This document shows positions 25,324 to 37,671 of a DNA stretch of 64,000 nucleotides, one piece after another. Both the position numbers and the translations under genes were made by a program. Origin of the DNA: Antedon mediterranea (lineage: Eukaryota > Animalia > Echinodermata). The stretch covers positions 16,244,001 through 16,308,000 of the forward strand of contig NC_092672.1 in assembly GCF_964355755.1 (NCBI RefSeq), given 5' to 3'. The notes under the pieces were generated by a model, which saw only the letters and a program-made list of their open reading frames with translations, was not told the origin of the DNA and did not search any database. The number at the start of each line of letters is the position of its first letter. The first letter of the stretch is position 1.

Positions 25324-26174
25324 CCCTTTCACTGCGGAGCATTATTCCCACCTCTGTGCGTAATATACATTTAAGTAAAACATATGATATTTTAATTAAT
25401 TGCAAAAAAATACTAATTGAGATAATTGTGTAATTATTTTTGTGGTGTGTGATGGGCAAAAGGTTAGTCTACAGTTAGGTATAAAAAAAAAGTAATTTGC
25501 ATATTGATGACGTCATGTGACGTCATTACAGGTATTTTGGATTTCGTGTTTTTTATCGAATCAATGATAAAAACTATATTTTCTATAAGAAATTCTTATG
25601 GAATACGTTTTTCCAACTGGATATCGATGAAGATACGTATAACAAATAAAAATATTAAAAAAAATTGAATTATTTTTATTGTTTTATAAAAATTATGCAC
25701 AAATCAAAGTTTTGGGGAAAAATCGTGAAAATAATGACATTTTCAAAAAATTCACTATAGTACAAAAACAAACTATTGTTTCAGAATTTTTTTTTTGCGT
25801 GTTGTGATAAACACCATGTTGCCCTATTGGGGATGGTAAATTTGTGTTACTTTCAAAATGGCCGCCATTACGGTACTCAACACAACTTTCCAAGATAGAA
25901 ATACTATTATATATACTATACTATAATATAACTATAGAGGACGCATTATTTTCAAGACAATAATACAACTATAGAGGGCCGTTTTTTTTGCTGGAAAAAT
26001 GTTTTAATGACTTGCAAAAATATTCAAGTTCATCGAAAAAATACAGAGGGTACTATATATTATAGGCAAATACGATTAAAATCATTGTTTTACCCAAAGC
26101 CGGTATTACCGGGTATACGTATTTCAACGACGTCTGTTTATACCCGGTAGTACCGGGTATACGCAGTGAAAGGG
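25324..26174. mobile_element. piggyBac-type MITE
   Basis: TTAA|CCCTTTCACTGCG ... CGCAGTGAAAGGG|TTAA. Confidence 0.85.
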
Positions 26175-26312
26175 TTAATTACATTCCACAGAACTTATTT
26201 TCTTTTTTGTAAACAATACAAAATAAGTGTGGAAAAGCCGTGCCACCGCAAAGTCTATCCTTAGTGTAAGTCACTTGTCTGATAAATATGATTTTACCCT
26301 TTTTTAACGTAG

Positions 26313-26394
26313 ATTTGGTTTGATTAAAAGGACATCAAAGAAGGTATCAGTTTTTGTTAAAAAGCCATCAATCTTTGGAGATGATAGTGATGAG
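26313..26394 (+). CDS. NSRP1: NSRP1 exon 2 (FGLIKRTSKKVSVFVKKPSIFGDDSDE)
   Basis: Pyrimidine tract plus TAG acceptor, GT donor at 26395, 82 nt. Carries the KPSIFGDDSD motif of NSRP1/DUF2040. Confidence 0.88.
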
Positions 26395-26687
26395 GTAGAT
26401 ATTTGATTAATAAATATACTCAAAAGTGAAAAATAATAGGTTTACTGTACATTATATTGAATCTCAAATACACATTATTCTTGCACTCAGTTTAAATACA
26501 GTAGTAAATTCAATATAAATATTCTAAAACAATACTGTACATAAAAAAATGTGAATAAATATATTACTTTGATGGTTTCTTTCCTTATGTTAAAATACTG
26601 GTGGACTGTGTGGAGAACCTTCAATTTTCTGCCTACACTGCTACATGAATGAAATTCATATTAATTACTAAATAAATTTGATTGTAG

Positions 26688-26756
26688 GAGCCTGCTCATG
26701 AAGCTGTTAATCAAAGCCTAATGCAGGAAGCAACGAAAAGTAACGTTAAAAAGCAG
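26688..26756 (+). CDS. NSRP1: NSRP1 exon 3 (EPAHEAVNQSLMQEATKSNVKKQ)
   Basis: TAG|GAG acceptor, CAG|GTAT donor, 69 nt, phase 0. Similar to vertebrate VSESLQREAAKKQAMKQ. Confidence 0.88.
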
Positions 26757-26880
26757 GTATTACTGAATTTAAATTGACATTTTAATTCATATGTCTACTA
26801 TGAAGAAACCTAGTAAAATCTAATACTGTATTTGTATACTTATTATGTAGACAAAGTTTATTTTTAAACATATTTTTTAG

Positions 26881-27009
26881 ACAAAGATAGAGATACAGAA
26901 GGCTTTAGAAGAAGATCCAACAGTTTATGAATATGACAGTATTTATGATGAAATGGAGAAAAAGAAGCAAGAAATGATTTTACAAAAGAAAGCAGATAAA
27001 GAAAGAAAG
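26881..27009 (+). CDS. NSRP1: NSRP1 exon 4 (TKIEIQKALEEDPTVYEYDSIYDEMEKKKQEMILQKKADKERK)
   Basis: TTTTTTAG acceptor, GT at 27010, 129 nt. Contains the highly conserved EDPTVYEYDSIYDEM motif. Confidence 0.95.
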
Positions 27010-27099
27010 GTTGGTATTACCACAGAAAAATTAGTAGTTTATGTTATCAATAATGCATATACTGTACTTACACAAAGTTAAATTTGGAGAAAGTCAATA

Positions 27100-27868
27100 T
27101 TTTTAGTCGCGTGGAAGCGACTTTATAGTTCACTATGTCGGTCTGTCGGTCCGGTATCACTATGCGTTTTATCGCTTTCTGACCTTATCTTGATATCAGT
27201 TTAATCTAGCTAGGTCAATTTTTCACAGTATATTCCTTATGGCCAGGAATCGATGTGGTTATGTTTTCACGGTGCGCAATAAAAAATTACGCGGTCTACG
27301 CACGATTTAACGAAATCACGTTTGTAATCATATCTTCACAACCATGAATCACAATTAAATAAAATTTGGTACTCATAAATTTCAGGGCATAAATCATCAT
27401 ATGGCAATACAATTACGTGCGTAGCGCATGTAACGTATGCGTACGCGCGCTTAAAATTTTCAAAATTTATTTTCGATGAAATAAGAGTACGTTTCAGGCA
27501 ATTTTAAGCGTTTACAAAATTGCCATGAGTGCGCATATTTTTGCGTGCGCACTACGCGCTAAATGTTATTGCGCACTCTTTTTGCCCGATTTCTGTTTTC
27601 TTGACTTACTTTTCAACTCGAAATTACATTATACGAGCACTTCAAAAGTGACAGGCTACGCACGTGTAAATTAAAAAAATATAAATGTTTTTAAACATTT
27701 CAACATTTTTAAACATGTTTAGTAATTTCGGTGAGTATAGTTCACTATGTCGGTCGGTCGGTCTGTCGGTCTGTCTGTCTGTCGGTCGGTCTGTCGGTCG
27801 GTCTGTCTGTCGGTCCGGTATCACTATGCACTGTAGCACGCGACTTAATGGCTGTTGGCCTTGTTTTT
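27100..27868 (+). mobile_element. HINE family 1, full copy, ~90 bp downstream of exon 4
   Basis: TTTTAGTCGCGTG start, (GTCG/GTCT)n microsatellite, CACGCGACTTAATGGCTGTTGGCCTTGTTTTT end. Confidence 0.87.
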
Positions 27869-29039
27869 AGTCAATTCAATTTATCTATAATATTAATAGC
27901 CAAAATAGCTACACTCCAATTTTTTTATTTTTCCAAATGACATGCAACAAAAAAAATAGACAAATATGCTATATAGCTGGTCGCCGTCCTGTAAGTTTGG
28001 GTAGTCTTCATCAGCCATGTGTCGCGTAACATCTCTCTCTCTCTCTGTTCTGCTACTTTCATCATACGGAAACACTATACCATGGAAAGGTATTGTTTTT
28101 GCATCGCGATACTACGAGAGACTTGTTTCCAGTGTTACCAACTATCAAAAGAGAAAAATGCTAGTATAATAACCCACCTTGGATCGACGAATTCTATCTC
28201 TACATGTAGGCCTGCTAGCTACAGGCCTTGGCTAGGCCCAGCCAGAGCCTAGTGATTGTTGAATTTAAATTTTAAAAAAATGCTTCGTTTTCATTTCGTC
28301 GTACCAGAGTTTCTCAAAAATTGATTTAAATCAACATATTCCATGTTAAAATATCACGAAATAATATACCATGATACTTGCGTAAAAAGTAATTCTAAAT
28401 ATGGCTTCATACGAATGAGTCAGCCAATACAGCTAAATAATATATTCATTGAATAAAATCCAATAACCCATGACCCACATTACAAAGTGCACAGACTGGA
28501 GCTAAAAAACATGTGGAACATCGGTGGTCGACCGAATTTCATTCTCACATGGCAAAAACAATGCAAATCAACCATGTGGATACTTGTCGGGCAATACACA
28601 AACTGGATGAAAAAAGTTGGCCCACTTCGCTGAAGGTCACCGGCCGCACGTGTGCCGTAGGCCTAGTGGTAAAATTTATATTTGATTTAATTTGATTAAA
28701 TCACAATGTGACCGTATAATATTTTTATTGCATTTAAGGCAAAATTCTGACGTATTTCATTTACGGTAGGCCTAATCTAGTAATACTGCATGCTAGATTG
28801 AACTATAGATACGAACTCAAAAGCATAGGGTGCGTGGTACTTCATAGTTTTTTTAAAACATAAATTGCTAGACTCTGGGCCTTACTAGGCTAAATAAAAA
28901 TATCGGGCGTAACTGCTGTATTTTCAATCATTGTTTCCCTTTAGGCTAGTCAAATCTAGCCAAAAAAAAACAGCCCAAAGTGAAACAAATTGCAAACAGA
29001 GATTTTTCTTTTTTAAATGGTCATATATGATAAGGAGAT

Positions 29040-30560
29040 CAAAATTTGAGCATCACACCTCTGTCACTCATCCCGATGATATGCAAATTAGCTTAAATAT
29101 GTAAATTAGGGTGAAATTACAGGGTTACCATATCTCAAAAACTACTAGTCCGAGAGAGTTGATTTTTTCACTGATCTATTCAAAATGTATATATTTATAT
29201 TTACTCTAATGAAACATTTTACGAAAAAATGACCGGAAGTACAACATTTGACCTTCGACCCCATTTCTCAATGTTTGCATATACAATGTGACTAAAATGT
29301 CTGTAGAGACTTTATTTTGCCCTCAAATGACCCAGACATAGGTTCCTAATAGCCAGCATAGGATCACTTTGTAATTCCCAAAATCACACCTTTGTCACAC
29401 ACCTCGAAAGTATGCAAATTAGTAGTACAATTTAAATAAAATATGCAAATAAGGGGAAAAAATTACAGTTGTCCTATATCTCAAAAACCACTAATGCTAG
29501 AGAGCTAATTTTTTCACAGCTGTATTCAAAATGTACATATTTCTATTTGCTCCAATGAAACATTTTACAAAAAATTGACCGGAAGTATGACATTTGACCC
29601 TCGACCCCATTTCTAATATTGCATATAAATGAAACTAAAATGTCTGTAGAGACTTTGTTTTGCCCTCAAATGACTCCGATACAGGTTTCTAATAGCCAAC
29701 ATAGGACTGTTTTAGATCTCAAAATCACACCTGTATCACTCACCTCCAAAGTATGCAAATTATTAGTACAAGTTACATGAAATATGCAAATTAGAGGGTG
29801 AAATTAAAGGTTCCTATATATCGAAAACCACTAAGGCTAGAGAGTTGATTTTTTCAATAACTTGTTCAGAATTTACATATTTATATTTACTCTAATGAAA
29901 CATTTTACGAAAAAATGACCGGAAATACAACAATTGACCCTCGACCCCATTTATCAATGTTCGCATACATAATGCGACTAAAATGTCTGTAGAGACATTG
30001 TTTTGGACTCGAATAACTCGGATACATGTTTCCTATAGTCAGCATAGGACCGCTTTGTAATTCCAAAAATCACGCCTTCGTTTTGGCATGGTTGGAATTC
30101 CCTTTTTTCGTATTAGTTTATGTACAGCGCTTAGAGGTTTCACAACATTAGGCGCTATTTAAATCCAGGATATTATTATTATTTCTCAATATTTGCATAT
30201 AATGCAACTAAAATGTATGTACAGACAGTATAAGTCAAGCACCTCAAAAGTATGCAAATTAGTAGTACAAGCTATATGAAATATGCAAATTACAGTGAAT
30301 TGCCTTATGTATCTCGAAAACGCTAATGACCGAGAGAGAGAGAGATATGGCAACTTTCTTGTACTACTGATTGGCATACTTTCAAGCGAAGTAACAGAGG
30401 TGTGATTTTGAGAATTACTAAACAGTTCTATGCTGGCTATAGAAAACCTGTATCTGGGTCATTATTGAAAAAAAAAATTATCGAAAGTATGACATTTGAC
30501 CCTCGAACCTATTTCTCAATATTTGCATATAATGCAACTAAAATGTATGTACAGACTTTG
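29040..30560. repeat. Tandem ~350-bp repeat array, partly rearranged
   Basis: Motifs TATGCAAATTA, GACCGGAAGTA, TTTGACCCTCGACCCCATTT and CTAAAATGTCTGTAGAGAC recur at ~350-bp spacing. There are partial copies and one inverted piece at ~30400-30465. Confidence 0.8.
30080..30184 (+). mobile_element. Short L2-type LINE/SINE 3' tail
   Basis: TGTACAGCGCTTAGAG...AGGCGCTATTTAAAT followed by (TAT)n. Confidence 0.6.
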
Positions 30561-30561
30561 T

Positions 30562-33500
30562 TTTATTATTATTATTATTATTTTGATTATACCCGGGGAC
30601 GTCGAGCGCAATCCAGGCCCAAAAACACGAACGACACCGATACGGCTGGATGGACAAACTGGGCACTCCCTAACTTTGACGACTCTCTCTTTGTTGACGA
30701 AACAAATTTAAAACCTCACAACATACAGGACCTGGATATACACCTGGAACGCGACATGCTAGGCCTAGATGAAGAGCTAAAATGTTTTAACCAAAAGGGA
30801 ATGCACTTTCTACATGTAAATGCAAGGTCAGTTACAAAAAACTTGTCGGAACTTAGAATACTTACAAATAAAATCAAGCCCACCATCCTTGCTGTATCGG
30901 AAACATTTTTGGATGCATCGATTGCTGACAATGAGATATGTATACCCGGCTATAGTGTCATCCGACATGATTGAAAATCAAAAAACCAACGCAGTGGTGT
31001 ATGCATGTTTATCAACAATCAGTGTGCATTTAATCATAAACCTGATTATGAATGTCATGATATTGAAACAGCCTGGATTGAACTACTTCTACCCTGCTCT
31101 AAACCTATATTGGTAGCTGCGTGCTATAGACCTCCAGATTGTACTAACTTTACCGAATATCTAGATGAGACACTTCACACGCTGCCAGCTGGCTCAGAAA
31201 TATATATTTTGGGTGATATTAATCTATGTTGTCTAAAGAAAAACCCAAGCTACATTAAATATGAAAAAATTCTTTTACAAAATGGCTTCAAGCAACTAAT
31301 CACCTCGCCCACCAGAGTGTGTTCAAAATCACAGTCCTGCATTGACCATATTATTTCGAATAGCAAGTCTAAGATAACACAAAGTGGCTTTATACATACC
31401 AGCTTCAGCAATCATTACATGATTTTTTGCACTAGGAAAAAGGTGAGAACAAAGAAAAACTCTCATAATACTTTCAAGATAAGACAATTAAAAAACTACA
31501 ACAAAGAAAGTCTTATTGATGAACTAAAGAAAGCTATTCCTGGAATGGTGTTTTTTCAGGTGAGACCGCAGATGAAGCGTGGAATAGTTTCTCCAACACG
31601 TTTATTGAAATTCTTGATAAAATTGCACCCCAAAGAGATGTTAGAATACGTGTAGAGACGGAACCATGGATCACAAACAAAGTTCTAGAGGATATATCGA
31701 CTAGAAATAAGCTAGCTAAAAAAATAAAAATCTGAAAATACTGGGTCATGATATTGGAGAGATTGAACTAAAATACAGAAAGATAAGAAACAAAATCCAT
31801 AGGGACATAAAAACCGCAAAAAGTAATTACTACATAAACTGTATTGAAGAAAACAAAAATAACCCCAAACGTCTTTGGGAAGTGTTGAAACAACTGGGAT
31901 ACGACAATAAATGCCAAATCCAACACGAACATAGTCTTGGAAATCAATGATGAAAAATGTTACGAGAATAAACATGTGACTAACCACATGAATAATTTCT
32001 TTACAACTGTTGCAGATAAACTTGCTGAAAATCTACCCGTACAATCCCATAACGCCTGTAAAGAAGTGTCTTCTCAATACTACAATCAAGTAGAAAAAAA
32101 CGTGTTAATTCTGGAAGAAATTAGTGAGGACTTTGTCCTAAGTGAACTCTCAAAATTTAATGCTAAAAAGAGCTGTGGCCTAGATGGGATAGCTGCTCGC
32201 TTTTTGAAGGATGGACGCTCTGTTATTAGTAAATACCTAAAACATATTATACATAACATAAATTAAAACGGAATCAATCGGACTGAAAATAGCAAAAATA
32301 AAGCCAATTTTTAAAAAGAACAGTTGTCTAAAGGTAGAAAACTATAGACCAATCAGTATTCTCCCTATAGCTTCCAAAATTCTGGAGCGAGCAGTCTATT
32401 CACAGTTGTATAATTATCTTGAGGAAAAAAATCTACTTTTTAAATTTCAGTCAGGATTTTGCAGCGCTCATTCTACTGAAACTTGTCACATTTATTTGCA
32501 GGACCACATCAGAAAATGCCTGATAAAGGTAATTTTGTTGGTATGATCCTGCTTGATATTCAAAAAGCGTTTGACTGCGTTGATCATCGTGTGCTATGCC
32601 ATAAACTATCCGAATTAGGTATTAAATCTGTTAAATGGTTTGAGTCGTACCTAGAAAATAGAAAACAAATTGTTTGTATAAATAAAGCTATGTCGGAGGC
32701 TAGAACGGTTAAATGTGGTGTCCCTCAGGGCAGCCTGTTGGGGCCTTTTCTCTTCTTGTGTTACATGAACGACATGCCTTCATCAGTTGACTGTTGCAGT
32801 ATGCTGATGATAGTGCTCTGCTAGTGTCACATATGGACATTGATGTGGTCAAGGCAGAATTAAAAATGAACATTGAAAATTGCCAAAGATGGATTATAAA
32901 CAATAAATTGTCCCTTCATATGGACAAAACGGAATTTATTATCTTTTGCTCCAAATCTAAAACGAAGTATACTAAGAATGCATCTATCAAAATTTGTAAT
33001 TCAACTATCAAAGCCAAACCATCTGTAGTTTACTTGGGTCTTGAATTGGACCAACATCTGTCAGGGGAGGTGATATGTTCGCATATCCTCAAAAAGGTCA
33101 ACTCGAGACTCAAATTTCTGTATAGATCTGCTAGCCACCTTGATCTTAAAACAAAGAGATTATTGGCATCTGCTTTGGCTCTATGCCTTATTGCTGTTGC
33201 TCTTGGTACTGTGGTATTTCAAAATTGTATGTCTCCAAACTCCAACGTGTCCAAAATAAGGTCATTAGATTTGTCCTAGGAAAGGGACCACGATATCACC
33301 TTTCTGCCTCCGACTTTAAACTTGCTGGCTATCTAAATATTATAAATAGAGTGAATCAACTGCAACTCAATCATATTTTTAATTTAATGCACAATTTCTC
33401 CCCTGTGTATATGCGTGAAAACTTTTTGAAAGTTTCAGAAAGACATCACCATAATACAAGGGGCGCAGCATACACGATTTTGTTAATCATTTATAAAAAA

Positions 33501-33877
33501 TCCAGTTGCATTGCTTCTACATTTTTTTATAATAGCATAATTCTCTGGAATAGTTTGCCTCAGAATATCAAAGAAATTAATTTAAAGTCCACCTTCAAGC
33601 TTCATATAAAGAAAATCCTCAAAGAGCGAATTGACTAATTTAGCCTTTTCTAACTTCCTGCCGTCTGATTAATTGTTCATTTTTCTTTCGGGACCCCTCA
33701 GGATACAAACCTCCGGGTTTAGAGGGTTATCCTTTGCTCCTACTCGTTTTTTGTTGTTGTCTTTGTTCTGATTTTGTTGTTTGTTAAGTCTGCGAGTTTT
33801 GATGTATATATATATATTTCTGTACCACTGTTATTTTTATATGAGAAAGAAATAAAAACAAACAAACAAACAAACAA
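30562..33877 (+). mobile_element. Degenerate CR1/L2-group LINE ORF2 (2A-APE-RT), sense orientation in intron 4
   Basis: APE motifs HVNARS, SETFL, YRPP, LGDIN and IDHI. RT motifs LDIQKAFDCVDH, GVPQGSLLGP and YADD. The 3'UTR ends in AATAAA plus (AAAC)n. Many frameshifts and stops. Confidence 0.93.
30595..30621 (+). other. 2A-like (StopGo) ribosome-skipping motif GDVERNPGP
   Basis: Exact D(V/I)ExNPGP consensus, preceded by a hydrophobic run, upstream of the APE domain. Confidence 0.85.
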
Positions 33878-34017
33878 GTGTCATTTCTGTACTTATTCTC
33901 ATTATCAAAGAATCAAACCACAGAAACTCATGGCATTCTATACAGTAAATCATAACAGATTTTGCTGAACCAGCCTTCAATAGTGAAAATGGTATATCAG
34001 TTTTACTGATTTTACTG

Positions 34018-34603
34018 ATTTATTAGGCTATCGCTCTCTGTAGAGCGATAGCCTATTGTTATTGTCCAAAATTTAATTTTTTCTGCTCATTTTTTTGTGC
34101 GCAGCCACGGCAGTGGGCAGTTATGTTGTAACTTGGCCAGCAGATGCATGTACTGTATATAATGTAGTTGTGCAACAAACTTTAATGGAAATATGGTCGC
34201 GTAGCATAACTACGTGCGATTTTCTAAAATTCTTAGATTGACTATAAATTAGAAACCAATAGATATTTTTAAATACCACTTGACACACGTATGCTTCATT
34301 TCAAGGATCATTTTTCTGTATCATCAGCAACATTTTAAACATTGGTATTTTTTTTTTGAAAGGTTATCATACTCAAACAATTAAATAAATGTGAGTGGTG
34401 TAAACATAAAAAAAATAACCATCGTTTAAATCATTTACAATGCCAATACCGTCACCTTTTTAAACGATTTTGATCGACGCTATGCTGTTTGTATCGTTGT
34501 GGTACAGCTTACTTGTAAACTGAGCCTAAATGAATAGAATGTGCATGTTACAATGCATAGCATGATAGCTTAACTCGTCACCGTGACAAGTTCAAATCTG
34601 GTT
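34018..34603 (+). mobile_element. HINE family 2, full-length-looking copy
   Basis: 5' hairpin TAGGCTATCGCTCT...AGAGCGATAGCCTA; 3' subTIR GATAGCTTAA plus hairpin and TTCAAATCTGGTT. Confidence 0.72.
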
Positions 34604-34750
34604 AAAAGTTAAATTGGTTTGACTAATATCTGAGCATCAACTAGCCAATTCAGCTCATAAGATAAATGAAGAGGTTCATGTAAAACAAGATAATTCATTG
34701 CCCGATTTTGTTTGTGAAATAATTGTTTAATTATAAGATCCCCATTTCAG

Positions 34751-34955
34751 CCCAAGTACATTGAGGGACTAATGAAGGCAGCTAAAGTGCGAAATAGGGA
34801 AAAAGAAAAAATAATGGAACGCAAGATCCAAAAGGAAAGAGAGGAAGAAGGAGATATCGGAGAAACTGATGCTTTTGTTACATCAGCATACAAGAAGAAA
34901 CTAGAAGAAATGAAAAAAGAAGAAGAAAAGGAAAAAAGGGAAGCTGAGAGAGAAG
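34751..34955 (+). CDS. NSRP1: NSRP1 exon 5 (PKYIEGLMKAA...DAFVTSAYKKKL...EAERE)
   Basis: TTTCAG acceptor, G|GTAAAT donor, 205 nt. Contains the PKYI and FVTSAYKKKL motifs; overlaps ORF 34772..34963. Confidence 0.95.
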
Positions 34956-35612
34956 GTAAATAAGGAAAACCACTGCTTTGTAATTGAAAACTAAAATTAC
35001 TGTGTTTTCTGTCAATTACCCCAATATATATACTATTAATATTATTATATGCTGTTATACTCCTCAAGTAAATGCGTAAAAATCTTATGTGAATGTGAAA
35101 TTTTAAATCTTGTGGTACCAAAGGATTTGGACGTGGTAGTACCATCTTTTGTTGCAAAGGTTTTATATTTTATAATAGAAATTTTTTAATACTGTAGTCC
35201 GTGGCAGGAGGGGAAATCACCACCCGAAAGGGGACAAATTGCCATCCAACTTTTCTAGACCAGAATTTTTTGTAGATTACGAATCTGAAGGTAATCGGAT
35301 AGGAAGCGTTTTCGAGATATAAGGAGTCTAAGTTCAAAATTGACTATTTACAGCTATTATGTATATGTATTATAACAAATTTATTGAAGCACAATTTGGT
35401 CTTTTATTACATTTTTATGATTATGGGTGTCTATTCAATCACCTTATGAAAAAAAATCCTTTGTGATTAAGGGTCAAATGTCAATATTGACCAATCATAA
35501 AACGTACCTATAAAACCAAATAAAAACAAAAAGTGCATGTTTCCTCATCCTGTTAATCAATCATATGCAATGTAAAAGAGTGAATACATCATTTTATCAG
35601 TTGATATAAGAT

Positions 35613-35998
35613 GTGTCGGAAAATTAAGCTTATAGTTTGTATAATTTATCGTAGAATATCTTATTTTAAACATCAATTGAACAAGAATTTATCAAGCAGA
35701 AAAGCGAGTATACAATGTTTGTTAATACAAATTTACCGCAATGGAGTGTAGACAAAACAGGACCGCTAGGCCCCATATGGCCTGCCGTACCCTAGCGTAT
35801 AGTATTAGCCTAGCTTGGTTATGATCAAAGGTAGGGTATGGACGTCGCCAAATGTAAAATAATGTATTACGGCACACACTGTAGATCTTTGAATTAATGG
35901 GTGGGCTTATATCCGAGTGCCTAATTTTTTATGAAAATTAATCAAAATTCGGGGGTGGGCTTATACCCGTGTATGGGCTTATACCCGCGTCAGTACGG
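35613..35998 (-). mobile_element. Partial copy of MITE family A
   Basis: Reverse complement of ~1642-2130, ending GCGTCAGTACGG|TA. Confidence 0.8.
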
Positions 35999-36636
35999 TA
36001 ATGTTCTATGATTTTGGGGTCCTAACGGGACACAGATAGCCCACAGTTATTCCTGCCAGCTTACTCTGCTATATATCGGGGTTTCACTCGATTTCAAACA
36101 AAAATGTTATCATCAGTTCATGTAATTTTATATACTATTCCCCACAATATACTCGGATGCTTTATGGCGTATATTTAATTTGATCTTTATTAATTTGCAG
36201 TATAATTTCTATTTTGTTACTGCACCTTCACACGAGCGGTTCTAAAAATAAACAACAAATTAAAATCAGGAAGTTGCAAGGTGAACCCAGAAATTACTTC
36301 CAGCGCACACACAGTTGAAAATCTACTGATGAAATCAGAAATTTTGTTTCAACACCCTTTATTATCTTCCTAAGATAGAATTATGGAACAGTATCGTAAT
36401 AGTGGAAACTAATGTTATCAAATCTACGTTTCGCGGTACATCTGGGATAGATAAGGTAGGTATCCAAGGCAGAGATCTGTCCCTGACCCTGTGTTGTCAG
36501 TGTAGTTATGGTGCTTAATGTTAATTGCTATTTCGCATCAGTACATTACCAGCATGGGTAGACAATTCCCGCTGGAGAATAGCATTCACAGTCCTTATTT
36601 ACTTGTTTTATTTATTTTTTAATGTCTTATTCTCAG

Positions 36637-36778
36637 CTAAATTAGATGTCACAAAACAAAAAGATTTGAGTGGGTTCTACCGATATTTATATCGAGAGAC
36701 CAATGTTGATGCAGCAACCAAGCAGGTCACAAAGTCTGAATCACAAGATGAGAAGAACGTTTTGGTGGAAACAGAAAG
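36637..36778 (+). CDS. NSRP1: NSRP1 exon 6 (AKLDVTKQKDLSGFYRYLY...VETER)
   Basis: TTCTCAG acceptor, AG|GTAAAT donor, 142 nt. Contains the LDVTKQKDLSGFYR motif. Confidence 0.95.
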
Positions 36779-37129
36779 GTAAATCTACTGTATATCTATA
36801 TATAAATTTACGCAAGGGCAAAATTCGGTAAATAGAGTGTTATTTCTAGAATGTTTACTCAATGGTATATAAAGTTGGTTCGTACTTTCGATACTGATTT
36901 TAACCACCTCATGTAACCCTGTTTACTAATTGAATTGAGTTCGATAATAAGTTATTGACAATTAAAACGAATTTAGGTTCAACGATTTTCCCCAAATAGG
37001 GGTGTTTTCCGATCATGGTATACACTGTCTAATGCATGGCCATCTTAAAAAATACCCGCATACAATAATACGAGGATGATTCGCATTTTTCTATCTCCTC
37101 CTACGATAATTGTTTTTAATGACTTAAAA

Positions 37130-37473
37130 ACTGGTTGAACAGCTCGAGTACAGTATCATAATGTTGAAGACAGGCTGATTTTCTTTAAAAAATACTATTA
37201 GGCTACGACCTCCAAGAGCAAATCTTTGTAGAACTAGAAAATCCTTCGTTGTAAATAGCATTCATATTTTTAATTCTAATGTAAGACGTTAATGCAATTT
37301 TTAATAGTTTTACATTTTTAACAGTATTTTTAACTTTTTATCTTGTATTTTTAATCTGTTATAATACTGCTCGTTTTTAAATTGTTGCAATATTGTTGTT
37401 TTAATCTACCAAGCAAAGTGAATTTCCATTTTTATGGACAAATAAAATTTCTTGAATCTTGAATCTTGAATCT
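37130..37473 (+). mobile_element. 3' end of a Rex/Babar-like LINE
   Basis: RTRKSFV-like C-terminus plus AATAAA and a (CTTGAAT)n tail, shared with the copy ending at 60391. Confidence 0.55.
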
Positions 37474-37671
37474 TTAATATACGTTTATACAAATTTTTTT
37501 TTGATTTGCGATGAATGGAACATTCCAATCTCTCAGGCCCTGTTCAGACCCATGGCATTAGACCGTTTTAGCGTACGACGCTAAAAGAATGTGTGTCTGA
37601 ACAGTTGGAGATTAGCGTACAACGCGTCGTACAACGGTTGTAGCGTTGTAGTGGAAAACGGTTGATAGTAC

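Noticed and set aside
27092-27875. AGTCAAT on both sides of the HINE as a possible TSD
   Set aside because: It is not flush with the ends, is absent at the other copies, and HINEs usually make no such TSD.
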